From positions 864,001-928,000 of the forward strand of contig OZ244958.1 of the NCBI GenBank assembly GCA_965222575.1: a stretch of DNA of 64,000 nucleotides. Reading direction: 5' to 3'. This DNA is from Alphaproteobacteria bacterium. Lineage in GTDB: Bacteria; Pseudomonadota; Alphaproteobacteria; G965222575. A program made the translations under genes and the position numbers. Each line of letters starts with the position of its first letter. The stretch's first letter is position 1. Below, in pieces: positions 1 to 8,737 of this stretch. The notes under the pieces were generated by a model. That model ran no database searches. It had not been told where the DNA came from and saw nothing but the letters and a program-made list of their open reading frames with translations.

Positions 1-614
1 AGGGTGAGGGGTGTTGCGTCTTGGGTGTGTGTGCGCCCAATCTTCACAATGCTTTTCCACGCCTTGACTTTTTCGGCTAAGGTCTCTAAGACCTCTGAAA
101 TGGAGGGCACTAACACTTCCTGTCCAAGCTTGAAGGACGCTATATACATAGCCGTTGGGAAGGTATCATTGGAGGATTGACTTTTGTTCACATGGTCATT
201 GGGGTGAATGTGTTCTCTTTTTTTGCTTGAAGGCAACAGACTGTTAGCCCTGCGTGCGATGACTTCATTGACATTCATATTGGTTTGCGTACCAGAGCCT
301 GTTTGCCAAACTTTCAAGGGGAAGTGGGGCATGAGGTCGCCTTGGCTCACCTCTTTTGCTGCTTTTTCAATAGCGTTTGCTATGGCTACGGGTAGTGCGC
401 CGTTCTCACCATGGTAACGGGCGATGGCGCCTTTAATGAGACCTAGTGCTAAAATAATTTCTTTTGGCATTAGCTCATCACCAATATTGAAATTGATTAA
501 ACTGCGTTGCGTTTGAGCCCCCCATAGGGCCTCTTTTGGCACGGGAATAGACCCCATAGTGTCTTTTTCCATGCGGGTAGCAGAAGAAAAGGGAAAAGAA
601 GGAGGCTTGGTCAT
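1..614 (-). CDS. fumC: Fumarate hydratase class II, 5' part (runs off window start)
   Basis: Manual translation from ATG at 614: MTKPPSFPFSSATRMEKDTMGSIPVPKEALWGAQTQRS...HPNDHVNKSQSSNDTFPT...IVKIGRTHTQDATPL, which are FumC motifs. Not in the ORF track because it is truncated. Confidence 0.93.
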   Translation of the reverse strand, partial: MTKPPSFPFSSATRMEKDTMGSIPVPKEALWGAQTQRSLINFNIGDELMPKEIILALGLIKGAIARYHGENGALPVAIANAIEKAAKEVSQGDLMPHFPLKVWQTGSGTQTNMNVNEVIARRANSLLPSSKKREHIHPNDHVNKSQSSNDTFPTAMYIASFKLGQEVLVPSISEVLETLAEKVKAWKSIVKIGRTHTQDATPLT

Positions 615-684
615 AAAGGAGGGGTGTGGTATAGTGATGAGAGATATCAGTATACACTAAGGGAGCGTTGAAAGAAACCCGGAA

Positions 685-1140
685 ATGGAACTTGGTGTTG
701 TCAAAATCTGGACTGATGGAGCCTGTAGCGGCAATCCCGGTCCCGGCGGGTGGGGGGCTTTAATACGCTTTGGGGACAAGGAAGAAAAAGAATTAGGAGG
801 GTCAGCTTCTAGTACAACCAATAACCGTATGGAGCTAACAGCTGCACTGGAGGCCTTAAGAGCCTTAGAAAATGCCTCTTCAAAGGTGCATCTTTATACA
901 GATAGCGTCTATGTGCAAAAAGGAATGACTTACTGGATAAAAGACTGGATAGTGCGAGGCTGGAGAACCAAGGGGCGAAAAGCTGTGAAAAACCAAGACC
1001 TTTGGGAACAGTTACTCAGAGAGTGTAAGTGCCACCGAGTAAACTGGCACTGGGTGAAAGGGCATGATAGGAGTCTTGAAAATAACCGCGTTGATGCCTT
1101 AGCGCGCTCTTTCATTACAATCCCTGGGGTGATGCCCTAG
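685..1140 (+). CDS. rnhA: Ribonuclease HI
   Basis: Motifs [34 protein letters not shown]. Confidence 0.96.
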   Translation: MELGVVKIWTDGACSGNPGPGGWGALIRFGDKEEKELGGSASSTTNNRMELTAALEALRALENASSKVHLYTDSVYVQKGMTYWIKDWIVRGWRTKGRKAVKNQDLWEQLLRECKCHRVNWHWVKGHDRSLENNRVDALARSFITIPGVMP

Positions 1141-1170
1141 TGCTCTATTCGGGAGGGCTCTTTGGGGGTG

Positions 1171-2469
1171 CTAGTACCGGTAAGTATTGTCCTTAAAGGG
1201 GCCTTGAGGGGAGACATTCAGGTAATGGGCTTGTTGCTTTGAGAGCTTTGTGAGTTGTCCTCCTAGGGCGGTTAAATGCACGGAGGCAATCCATTCGTCT
1301 AAGGCTTTGGGTAAGGTGTAAATTTTTTTCTCTTTGTAGGCTTTTTGATTTTTCCAAAGTTCTAGCACGCCTAGCACCTGATTGCTGAGGGAAGCGCTCA
1401 TTACGAAACTGCTATGTCCCGTAGCACAAGCAAGGTTAACGATTCTGCCCTTTGCTAGTATGCGTATAGAGTTCCCATTAGGCACACGCACTTGGTGGAG
1501 TTGTGGGGTGATTTCAATCCAAGGGGTATCCTGTAAAGCCGCGATAGCAATTTCCTTATCAAGATGACCAATATTACAAACAATGGCGCCTTGTTTCATT
1601 TGAGATAGGTGGTCAAAGGTAATGACTTCTATATTCCCTGTAGCTGTTACAAAGATATCGGCTTTTGATGCTATCTTGTCCATTGTTGTGACTTCAAGCC
1701 CTTCCATAGCGGCTTGTAGTGCGCAAATAGGGTCTATTTCCGTTATCACAACGCGTGCCCCCTGTCCCCTTAGAGCCAAAGCCGCCCCTTTCCCAACATG
1801 ACCATAGCCGCACACAACAGCGATTTTCCCTGCAATCATAGTATCTGTTGCGCGTTTAAGGCCGTCTAGTAGACTTTCTCGCGTGCCGTAAATGTTGTCA
1901 AATTTCGATTTCGTTACGGAATCATTGATATTAATGACGGGTGTAAGCAGTTTTCCTTCTTGGGCTATCTTAGATAGTCTTACTATCCCAGCGCCTGTTT
2001 GCTCACAAACACCGTGAAGCTTGGTGAATGCAGAGGGACGATGTTGCAATAAGTAGCTCACTATCTCCGCCCCATCATCAACAAAGAGGTGAGGACGCCA
2101 GTTCTGTTTTTCCACAACCTGCTGTAGACACCAATAATAGTCTTCTTGACTCTGCCCTTTCCAAGCGAAAACAGGAGTACCAGCCCTAGCAATTGCAGCA
2201 GCAGCGGTATCTTGCGTAGAAAAAATGTTACTGCCGCACCACCGCACGCACGCTCCAAGAAATTGTAAGGTTTCTATGAGAACAGCTGTCTGTACGGTCA
2301 TGTGCAAACAGCCTCCAATACGCGCCCCTGTTAAGGGTTTCTCTGCCCCCCATTTCTCCCTTATGCTCATCAGTCCGGGCATTTCTTGCTCTGCTAATCC
2401 AATCTCCTGTCGACCAAGTGTTGCAAGTGCTGGGTCTTTAATTTTATAATCTTCCATGATGCATGACAT
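1171..2469 (-). CDS. ahcY: Adenosylhomocysteinase (short 432 aa type, divergent motifs)
   Basis: Motifs LHMTVQTAVLIETL, SNIFSTQD, KSKFDN.YG.RES, DPICALQAAMEG and C-terminal GPFKDNTYRY. Confidence 0.93.
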   Translation of the reverse strand: MSCIMEDYKIKDPALATLGRQEIGLAEQEMPGLMSIREKWGAEKPLTGARIGGCLHMTVQTAVLIETLQFLGACVRWCGSNIFSTQDTAAAAIARAGTPVFAWKGQSQEDYYWCLQQVVEKQNWRPHLFVDDGAEIVSYLLQHRPSAFTKLHGVCEQTGAGIVRLSKIAQEGKLLTPVININDSVTKSKFDNIYGTRESLLDGLKRATDTMIAGKIAVVCGYGHVGKGAALALRGQGARVVITEIDPICALQAAMEGLEVTTMDKIASKADIFVTATGNIEVITFDHLSQMKQGAIVCNIGHLDKEIAIAALQDTPWIEITPQLHQVRVPNGNSIRILAKGRIVNLACATGHSSFVMSASLSNQVLGVLELWKNQKAYKEKKIYTLPKALDEWIASVHLTALGGQLTKLSKQQAHYLNVSPQGPFKDNTYRY

Positions 2470-2553
2470 TGTTTGTTCAGGTTTTTCTATGATAAACTGC
2501 TACACCCTTCCTCTTTCTTGTAACCATACCCCTCATTACTGACTTCTCCTCTC

Positions 2554-4236
2554 ATGTATGACTCAAATTTTCTTGACAATCTGCAAGCCAGCGTGCCTCT
2601 GTCAAGTGTTGTCTCAAAGAGAGTCTCCTTACAGAAGTCCGGGCCTTTTTCCTTCAAAGGGTTATGTCCGTTTCATACGGAGAAAACGCCTTCTTTTTCT
2701 GTGAATGACCAAAAAGGAGTGTACTACTGTTTCGGGTGTGAAGCCAAAGGAAATATTTTCACCTTTCTGGTAGAGGGCGAAAAGAAGACCTTCAAAGAGG
2801 CAGTAGAGATGGTTTGTTCCATGGCGGGCATTAGCCCCCCTCAGTGGTCTAGGCGTGACAAACAAGAGCATGCCCCCTTGTTGGAGGTATTAGAGCAAGC
2901 CTGTCAGTTTTTTGAGCGGACATTGCTTTCTGAAGACGGCAGTAAAGTTAGAGCATACTTAGAGGGGCGCGGATATCCTTCTTCTCTTTGGGAGACCTTT
3001 CGTCTTGGGTGTGCGCCCTTATGGGGATTTCTGTCCCATATGAAAAGTCGTTTCTCTTTAGACCTTTTAGAAAAAGCGGGGCTTTGTCGTCGGACGGACA
3101 GGGAAACCTATCCTTTTTTCCATGGGCGCTTGATGTTCCCTATTCTGTCTCCTAGCGGGGTTGTAGTAGGCTTTGGTGGACGGTTTATCTCTTTAAGAGG
3201 GGGGGGAGGGGGACAGGAGAAAATCAAGTATCTCAATTCTCCTGAAAGCCCGGTTTTTAGCAAAAGTTCTCTTCTATTCAATTACAAAAAGGCTCTTGAG
3301 AACAAGCCTTTGACTGTCTTTATTGTGGAGGGGTATACGGATGTATTGAGTCTATATAACAGGGGGGTGTGCAATAGTGTTGCGACGCTAGGGACAGCGT
3401 TGACAAAGACGCATTTGTTTCTTCTTTGGCGGCGCCTTGAGAAGATTACCATCTGTTTTGATGGCGATAGGGCAGGGAGGGCTGCCTCTGAACGGGCTGC
3501 CATGCTTGCATTGCCCTTTGTCTCTCCCGGACGTGAGATAGTCTTTATACAACTCCCTGAAAACGAAGACCCTGATAGTGTGTTAAAGAGCCATGGGGAA
3601 GATTTTTCTCATAGGTTTCATGCCCTTTCTTTGTCTGATTTTTTGTGGCAAAGTGTTTGGGAGAAGGTTTCAAGTGCCCGAGAAATAAGCCCTGAGATGC
3701 TTGCGAAAATAGAGGAAACCCTTCTTGGCTATGGACGTGAAATTCAGCATCAAAGCACCTCTAAAATCTATCAAGAGCGATTCCGGAACAAGTTATATCA
3801 AGTCCGGCGTCACAACACACTCCCGTTTTCTACGCAACATATGTTAAAGCGGCGCAAAACCCTTTTATCGGTAGCCCACAACTTAGGAAAATCTACTGCC
3901 GATGCTAAAGTCCTTCTAGGCTTTATTATTACGACCTCTTCTTTGCTTATTCAACATGCTGCGTGTCTTACGGCGAGTAAAACCCTCTTAGAAAAAATGA
4001 TTTTATATGATCCCCCTCTTGACAGACTGCGGAAGTGTCTGCTAAAATGGATATCTTGTTTTGAACAGGGACAACAAAGTGAATTGAAAGAAATTTTATT
4101 GCGGTTTTCTTGTCATACCATGGCAAGTGTGCTAAAAGAGCAACAAAGTGTTCAGCATATGGCTAGGAGCCTTAAGACAGTTCCCTCTTCTGAAGTGCCT
4201 AAGGCTTTTGTGTCATTTTTATCTTTGAATCACTAA
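2554..4236 (+). CDS. dnaG: DNA primase
   Basis: Zinc finger CPFHTEKTPSF...CFGC, KYLNSPE, TOPRIM EGYTDV and FDGDRAG; lies upstream of rpoD. Confidence 0.96.
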   Translation: MYDSNFLDNLQASVPLSSVVSKRVSLQKSGPFSFKGLCPFHTEKTPSFSVNDQKGVYYCFGCEAKGNIFTFLVEGEKKTFKEAVEMVCSMAGISPPQWSRRDKQEHAPLLEVLEQACQFFERTLLSEDGSKVRAYLEGRGYPSSLWETFRLGCAPLWGFLSHMKSRFSLDLLEKAGLCRRTDRETYPFFHGRLMFPILSPSGVVVGFGGRFISLRGGGGGQEKIKYLNSPESPVFSKSSLLFNYKKALENKPLTVFIVEGYTDVLSLYNRGVCNSVATLGTALTKTHLFLLWRRLEKITICFDGDRAGRAASERAAMLALPFVSPGREIVFIQLPENEDPDSVLKSHGEDFSHRFHALSLSDFLWQSVWEKVSSAREISPEMLAKIEETLLGYGREIQHQSTSKIYQERFRNKLYQVRRHNTLPFSTQHMLKRRKTLLSVAHNLGKSTADAKVLLGFIITTSSLLIQHAACLTASKTLLEKMILYDPPLDRLRKCLLKWISCFEQGQQSELKEILLRFSCHTMASVLKEQQSVQHMARSLKTVPSSEVPKAFVSFLSLNH

Positions 4237-4251
4237 AATAGCGTTCTGTTT

Positions 4252-6207
4252 ATGTCTCTTCGTTCTCCTCACGTTCCCTCTGTTTTAGAAGAAAAAGAAA
4301 TCCTCGCCCTGATTAAGAAGGCGAAAAAAGAGGGCTTTTGTACCTATGAGACCTTAAAGTCTACCCTTGATACTCTCCTGTTACAGAGGAAAAAGTCTGA
4401 AAGGAGGGTGGGGGACATTGACAAGGTGGTAGATGAAGTGATGGCGCACCTAGAGAAGCTAGGGGTGCGTATGGAGGAAGAGATTAGTGAAGAGAGTACT
4501 GAAGACAAAGCACTCTCTCCTCAACAGGAGACGCAACAGAAGGCTTCTCCCGATTACTTAAATGACCCGGTTCGCACGTATTTGCGTGAGATGGGGGCTG
4601 TGTCGCTACTGTCAAGGGAGGGCGAGATTGCCATTGCTAAGCGTATAGAGGCTGGTAAGCTCAAAATTAAAGACGCCATTGCGAAATCGCCCATTACGTT
4701 TGCGTACTTGTTGGAGATTTATGATGCGTTGCAAAAGGAGAAGATAACTTTACAGGAAGTCATAGCCCTTGAGAAGGTCTGTGATGAGGTTGGGCCTTTG
4801 GAGATGCCGGAGAAAGAGCAGCCCCCTAGTGAAGAGGGGATGCTTTATCAGGTACTCGATGAGGAAAAACTTCGAGAGGAAGAAGACCAACAGGAGGAAT
4901 CTCAAGAGACGGAAGAAGAGGAGGAAGTCTTTGAAGAGGGCAAGTATTCCTATGCTAAGATGGCGGCGATGTATAGGCCTTATATTTTTGAGAAGTTTGA
5001 GAAACTACAGAAGGCTTATAAGGCATTGTTGAGAATTCAGGAGAAGTTTTTAACAAGCTATCTTGAAGGGAGCAAGAAGACCTCTGTGTATCGTGCGTCC
5101 TACAACAGGCATCTGAGGAGAATGGCGTGTCACTTAGAGAGTCTTCACCTTCATCCTCTGGAGATTGATAATTTATGTAAGAAGCACAGGGAGTTGTTTA
5201 AGTCATTCATGGGGAAATCGGGTCAGCTGTTGAGGCTTTGTGAACGTTATGGGATACAGAGGGAAGACTTTCAACGTTGGTATATGGAGGAGTTTTTACA
5301 TCCCGGTTGGGAAAAGAGACTGCTTAAGTTGAATGCTAAGTGGGGTTCTGTTTTGAAGAATTCTGAGGAGTCCTTTGAGAGAATTGTGAGAGACATAAAA
5401 ACCTTTTTTAGTGAAATAGGTCTGATGATGGGGGATTTTCGTTGGATAGTTGACGATATTTCGCAAGGGGAGAGGGAAGTAGCGCGAGCGAAGAAGGAGA
5501 TGGTGGAAGCGAATTTACGGTTAGTGATTTCCATTGCGAAGAAGTACACGCCTAGGGGTTTACAGTTACTGGATTTGGTACAGGAGGGGAATATAGGGTT
5601 GATGAAAGCGGTTGAGAAGTTTGAGTATCGTAGGGGTTATAAGTTTTCGACTTATGCGACTTGGTGGATTCGTCAGGCTATTACGCGTTCTATAGCGGAT
5701 CAATCGCGGACGATACGGATTCCTGTTCATATGATTGAGACGATTAACAAGCTGAAGAGGATGTCGCGTCAGATACTCAATAGTACTGGTCGGGAGCCTA
5801 GCATGTCTGAGCTTGCGGATTCTCTAGGGATTTCTTTGGAGAAGGTACATAAAATCAGCAAAGTGTCCAAGGAGCCTATTAGTCTTGAGGCGCCTTTAGG
5901 AGAAGATGAAGACAGCCAGATATCGAATTTTGTAGAGGATAAGAACACGGTACTTCCTATAGAGTCGGCGCTTCACACGAATTTGAAGGAGACGATTACG
6001 GAAGTGTTATCGTCATTAACGCCGCGGGAGGAGCGTGTGGTGAGGATGCGTTTTGGGATAGGGGTAGGTTCTGACCACACTTTAGAAGAGGTAGGGAAGC
6101 AATTTACGGTGACACGGGAGCGCATTCGTCAAATAGAAGCGAAAGCTTTAAGGAAGCTGAAGCACCCTAGGAGGAGTCGGTATTTGAGGACGTTTTTGAG
6201 TAGCTAG
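4252..6207 (+). CDS. rpoD: RNA polymerase primary sigma factor
   Basis: Motifs [56 protein letters not shown]. Confidence 0.97.
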   Translation: MSLRSPHVPSVLEEKEILALIKKAKKEGFCTYETLKSTLDTLLLQRKKSERRVGDIDKVVDEVMAHLEKLGVRMEEEISEESTEDKALSPQQETQQKASPDYLNDPVRTYLREMGAVSLLSREGEIAIAKRIEAGKLKIKDAIAKSPITFAYLLEIYDALQKEKITLQEVIALEKVCDEVGPLEMPEKEQPPSEEGMLYQVLDEEKLREEEDQQEESQETEEEEEVFEEGKYSYAKMAAMYRPYIFEKFEKLQKAYKALLRIQEKFLTSYLEGSKKTSVYRASYNRHLRRMACHLESLHLHPLEIDNLCKKHRELFKSFMGKSGQLLRLCERYGIQREDFQRWYMEEFLHPGWEKRLLKLNAKWGSVLKNSEESFERIVRDIKTFFSEIGLMMGDFRWIVDDISQGEREVARAKKEMVEANLRLVISIAKKYTPRGLQLLDLVQEGNIGLMKAVEKFEYRRGYKFSTYATWWIRQAITRSIADQSRTIRIPVHMIETINKLKRMSRQILNSTGREPSMSELADSLGISLEKVHKISKVSKEPISLEAPLGEDEDSQISNFVEDKNTVLPIESALHTNLKETITEVLSSLTPREERVVRMRFGIGVGSDHTLEEVGKQFTVTRERIRQIEAKALRKLKHPRRSRYLRTFLSS

Positions 6208-6258
6208 TTGTGCGTGTGGGTTTTTATTTTTCCATGTGATTGTGTTAAGGTGAGAGGA

Positions 6259-6332
6259 GGTCCCGTAGCTCAGTTGGATAGAGCGTCGGATTCCTAATCT
6301 GAAGGTCACAGGTTCAAATCCTGTCGGGATCG
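6259..6332 (+). tRNA. tRNA-Arg (anticodon CCT), no encoded CCA
   Basis: Acceptor GGTCCCG/CGGGATC, D-arm TAGCTCAGTTGGATAGAGC, anticodon arm TCGGA-TTCCTAA-TCTGA, T-arm ACAGG-TTCAAAT-CCTGT. Confidence 0.95.
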
Positions 6333-6412
6333 CTTTCTTTTGTTTAGGAAAGGGGGGAGAGGAAAATCGGCACTCCAATGCTAAGTTCATAAGGGTTGTC
6401 AACAAGTTACTA

Positions 6413-6430
6413 GGGTATACTAGTATACCC
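6413..6430. repeat. Perfect 18-bp palindrome GGGTATACTAGTATACCC
   Basis: Self reverse-complementary; lies 6 bp past the stop codon of the last ankyrin gene. Confidence 0.85.
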
Positions 6431-6436
6431 CATGAA

Positions 6437-8027
6437 TTATTGCGCCCCCTTACTTATAAGATACACTGTTACCTCAGAAAGGCGCTTCTTTTTGTCTTCG
6501 TCTGTTGTTTCTGTTAATGCCCACTCTGCCCAATGGAGCGGTGTCTTGCCGTCCTTGTCCTTTGCATTCACATCTGCCCCCTTCTCCACTAGGAACACCA
6601 CTACCTCCTTGTGCCCCCCTAAGGCTGCAAAATGGAGCGGTGTCCCGCCGTACTTGTCCTTTGCATTCACATCAGCCCCCTTCTCCACTAGGAACACCAC
6701 TACCTCCTTGTGTCCCCATGAGGCTGCCCTATGGAGCGGTGTCCAGCCGTCCTTGTCCTTTGCATTCACATTTGCCCCTGCCTTCACAAGAACTTCCACT
6801 GCCTCTTTGTGTCCATTTCCGGCTACCCAATAGAGCGGTGTCCCGCCGTACTTGTCGTCCTTTGCATTCACATCAGCCCCCTTCTCCACTAGGAACACCA
6901 CTATCTCCTTGTGTCCCCATGAGGCTGCCCTATGGAGCGGTGTCCAGCCGTACTTGTCCTTTGCATTCACATTTGCCCCTGCCTTCACAAGAACTTCCAC
7001 TGCCTCTTTGTGTCCATTTCCGGCTACCCAATGGAGCGGTGTCCTGCCGTCCTTGTCCTGTGCATTCACATCTGCCCCCTTCTCCAAAAGAACCTCCGCC
7101 ACTGCCTTGTGCCCCTCTACGGCTGCCCATATGGAGCGGTGTGGAGTTGTCCTTGTCCTGTGCATTCACATCTGCCCCCTTCTCCAAAAGAACCTCCGCC
7201 ACTGCCTTGTGCCCCTCTACGGCTGCCATATGGAGCGGTGTGGAGTTGTCCTTGTTCTGTGCATTCACATATGCCCCCTTCGCTACAAAGAACTCCACAA
7301 CCTCCTTGTGTCCCTTATCGGCTACTATATGGAGCGGTGTCCAGCCGTCCTTGTTCTTTGCATTCACATCAGCCCCCTTCTCCACTAGGAACGCCACTTC
7401 CTCCTTGTGCCCCTTAGCGGCTGCCAGATGGAGTGGTGTCCAGCCGTTGTTGTCCTTTGCATTCACATCTGCCCCCTTCTCCACTAGGAACGCCACCACC
7501 TCTTTGTGTCCATTAAAGGCTATCCAATGGAGCGGTGTTGCACCGTCCTTGTCCTTTACCTTCACATTAGCCCCTGCCTTCACAAGAGCCTTCGCTACAC
7601 ACCCATACTGTGCATAAAAAAGTGGAGTACAACCTTTCTTGTTCTTTACGTCTACATTAGCAAGTGCCTTCCTTAGGCTCAGCAGAAAAAGGAGACCTAG
7701 TGTTATCAAAACGGACACTAGAACTCGGCACAAGACTTCTACTTTCAAAATATCCGACCGTGCAAAATGTTCTAGAGAGCTCACATACATACCTGACACA
7801 GCAATGGAAGCAATCACTAGTCCCCAAACAAGTAATGCCAGAAAATCAACAAGACATTTTATTATCTTGTGTTGCTCGTAGAGCTTTCCAAAGACCTTCT
7901 TTATACTGCTCGTTATCCACAATGGAAGTGAAAAAAGAAAACTTAACAACCAGTTGTTTACTACCCAATGAAGGAGTGTATTGCCTTCCTTATTATCTTT
8001 TATGATATTTTCTAGAGGGGTCTCCAT
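6437..8027 (-). pseudogene. ANK5: membrane-anchored ankyrin-repeat protein, frameshifted (about 11 repeats plus C-cap)
   Basis: ORFs 6930..8027 and 6437..7165 join into one ankyrin gene if one extra C at 7126-7128 is removed (compare the otherwise identical repeat at 7221-7230). The N-terminus has hydrophobic segments. Could be a sequencing error. Confidence 0.8.
7050..7248. repeat. Tandem duplication of one 99-bp ankyrin unit
   Basis: 7050-7149 and 7150-7248 are identical except for one extra C in the first copy. Confidence 0.9.
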
Positions 8028-8062
8028 TATCCCTATCTATTCCTCCTTATACTTTAGGAAGT

Positions 8063-8131
8063 GCATTGTCATACTGTTAGGGTATGATTCTCTCTGCTCT
8101 CCTGTCAAGTCAAGCCCCTAAGGCACAAAGG
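8063..8131 (-). promoter_or_regulatory. Repeated inter-ankyrin spacer, copy A, putative leaderless sigma70 promoter
   Basis: Minus strand: TTGACA (8103-8108), N18, TACCCT (8079-8084), N6, ATG (8072). Further copies at 8670, 10450 and partially 12055. Confidence 0.6.
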
Positions 8132-8679
8132 CTATTGCCCACCCTTGCTTTTCAGATACGCTATCACTTCAGAGAGGCGCTTCTTGTATTCTTCGTCTGT
8201 TGTTTCTTTTAATGCCTCCTTTGCCAAATGGAGCGGTGTCCTGCCGTTCTTGTCCTGTGCCTTCACAGAAGCCCCCTTCTCTACAAAGAACTCCACTATC
8301 TCCTTGTGTCCCTCATAGGCTGCTTCATGGAGCGGTGTTGCGCCGTGCTCGTCCTTTGCATTCACAGAAGCCCCCTTCTCTACAAAGAACTCCACAACCT
8401 CCTTGTGCCCATAAAAGGCTGCTTCATGGAGCGGTGTTGCGCCGTGCTCGTCCTCCTGTGCCTCAATATCCGCCCCCTTCTCCACTAGGGATGCCACCCC
8501 TTGTGTCCCTTAACGGCTGCCACATGGAGCGCTGTCCAGCCGATATTGACCTTTTTATCTTTCGTGAAGAGAAAAAATGCCCCAATAAGCACGAGACCAA
8601 TAAACGTCTCTATTGCCCCAATAAATACGAGAGCAATAAACGTCCCTATACAGACTGCTATAATAAAGCGCATTGTCAT
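8132..8679 (-). pseudogene. ANK4: N-terminal hydrophobic anchor plus 3 ankyrin repeats and C-cap, frameshifted
   Basis: MTMRFIIAVCIG...WTALHVAAVKGHK then shifts frame into VASLVEKGAD. A 4-bp deletion near 8498 is seen relative to the paralogous ATGCCACCACCTCCTTGT at about 12813-12830. Confidence 0.8.
8578..8649 (-). repeat. Imperfect 36-bp tandem duplication encoding the hydrophobic segment of ANK4
   Basis: Encodes IGTFIALVFIGA / IETFIGLVLIGA. Confidence 0.85.
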
Positions 8680-8737
8680 ACTGTTAGGGTATGATTCTCT
8701 CTGCTCTCCTGTCAAGTCAAGCCTTAAGACACAAAGG
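8670..8737 (-). promoter_or_regulatory. Repeated inter-ankyrin spacer, copy B, putative leaderless promoter
   Basis: TTGACA (8710-8715), N18, TACCCT (8686-8691), N6, ATG (8679). Confidence 0.6.

Noticed and set aside
3199..3212. G8-A-G5 homopolymer in dnaG as a phase-variation tract
   Set aside because: The frame is intact, the gene is essential, and the tract encodes a Gly loop within a generally G-rich patch.
6148..6405. 85-aa minus-strand ORF across the tRNA
   Set aside because: It is an antisense translation of tRNA-Arg and the rpoD end.
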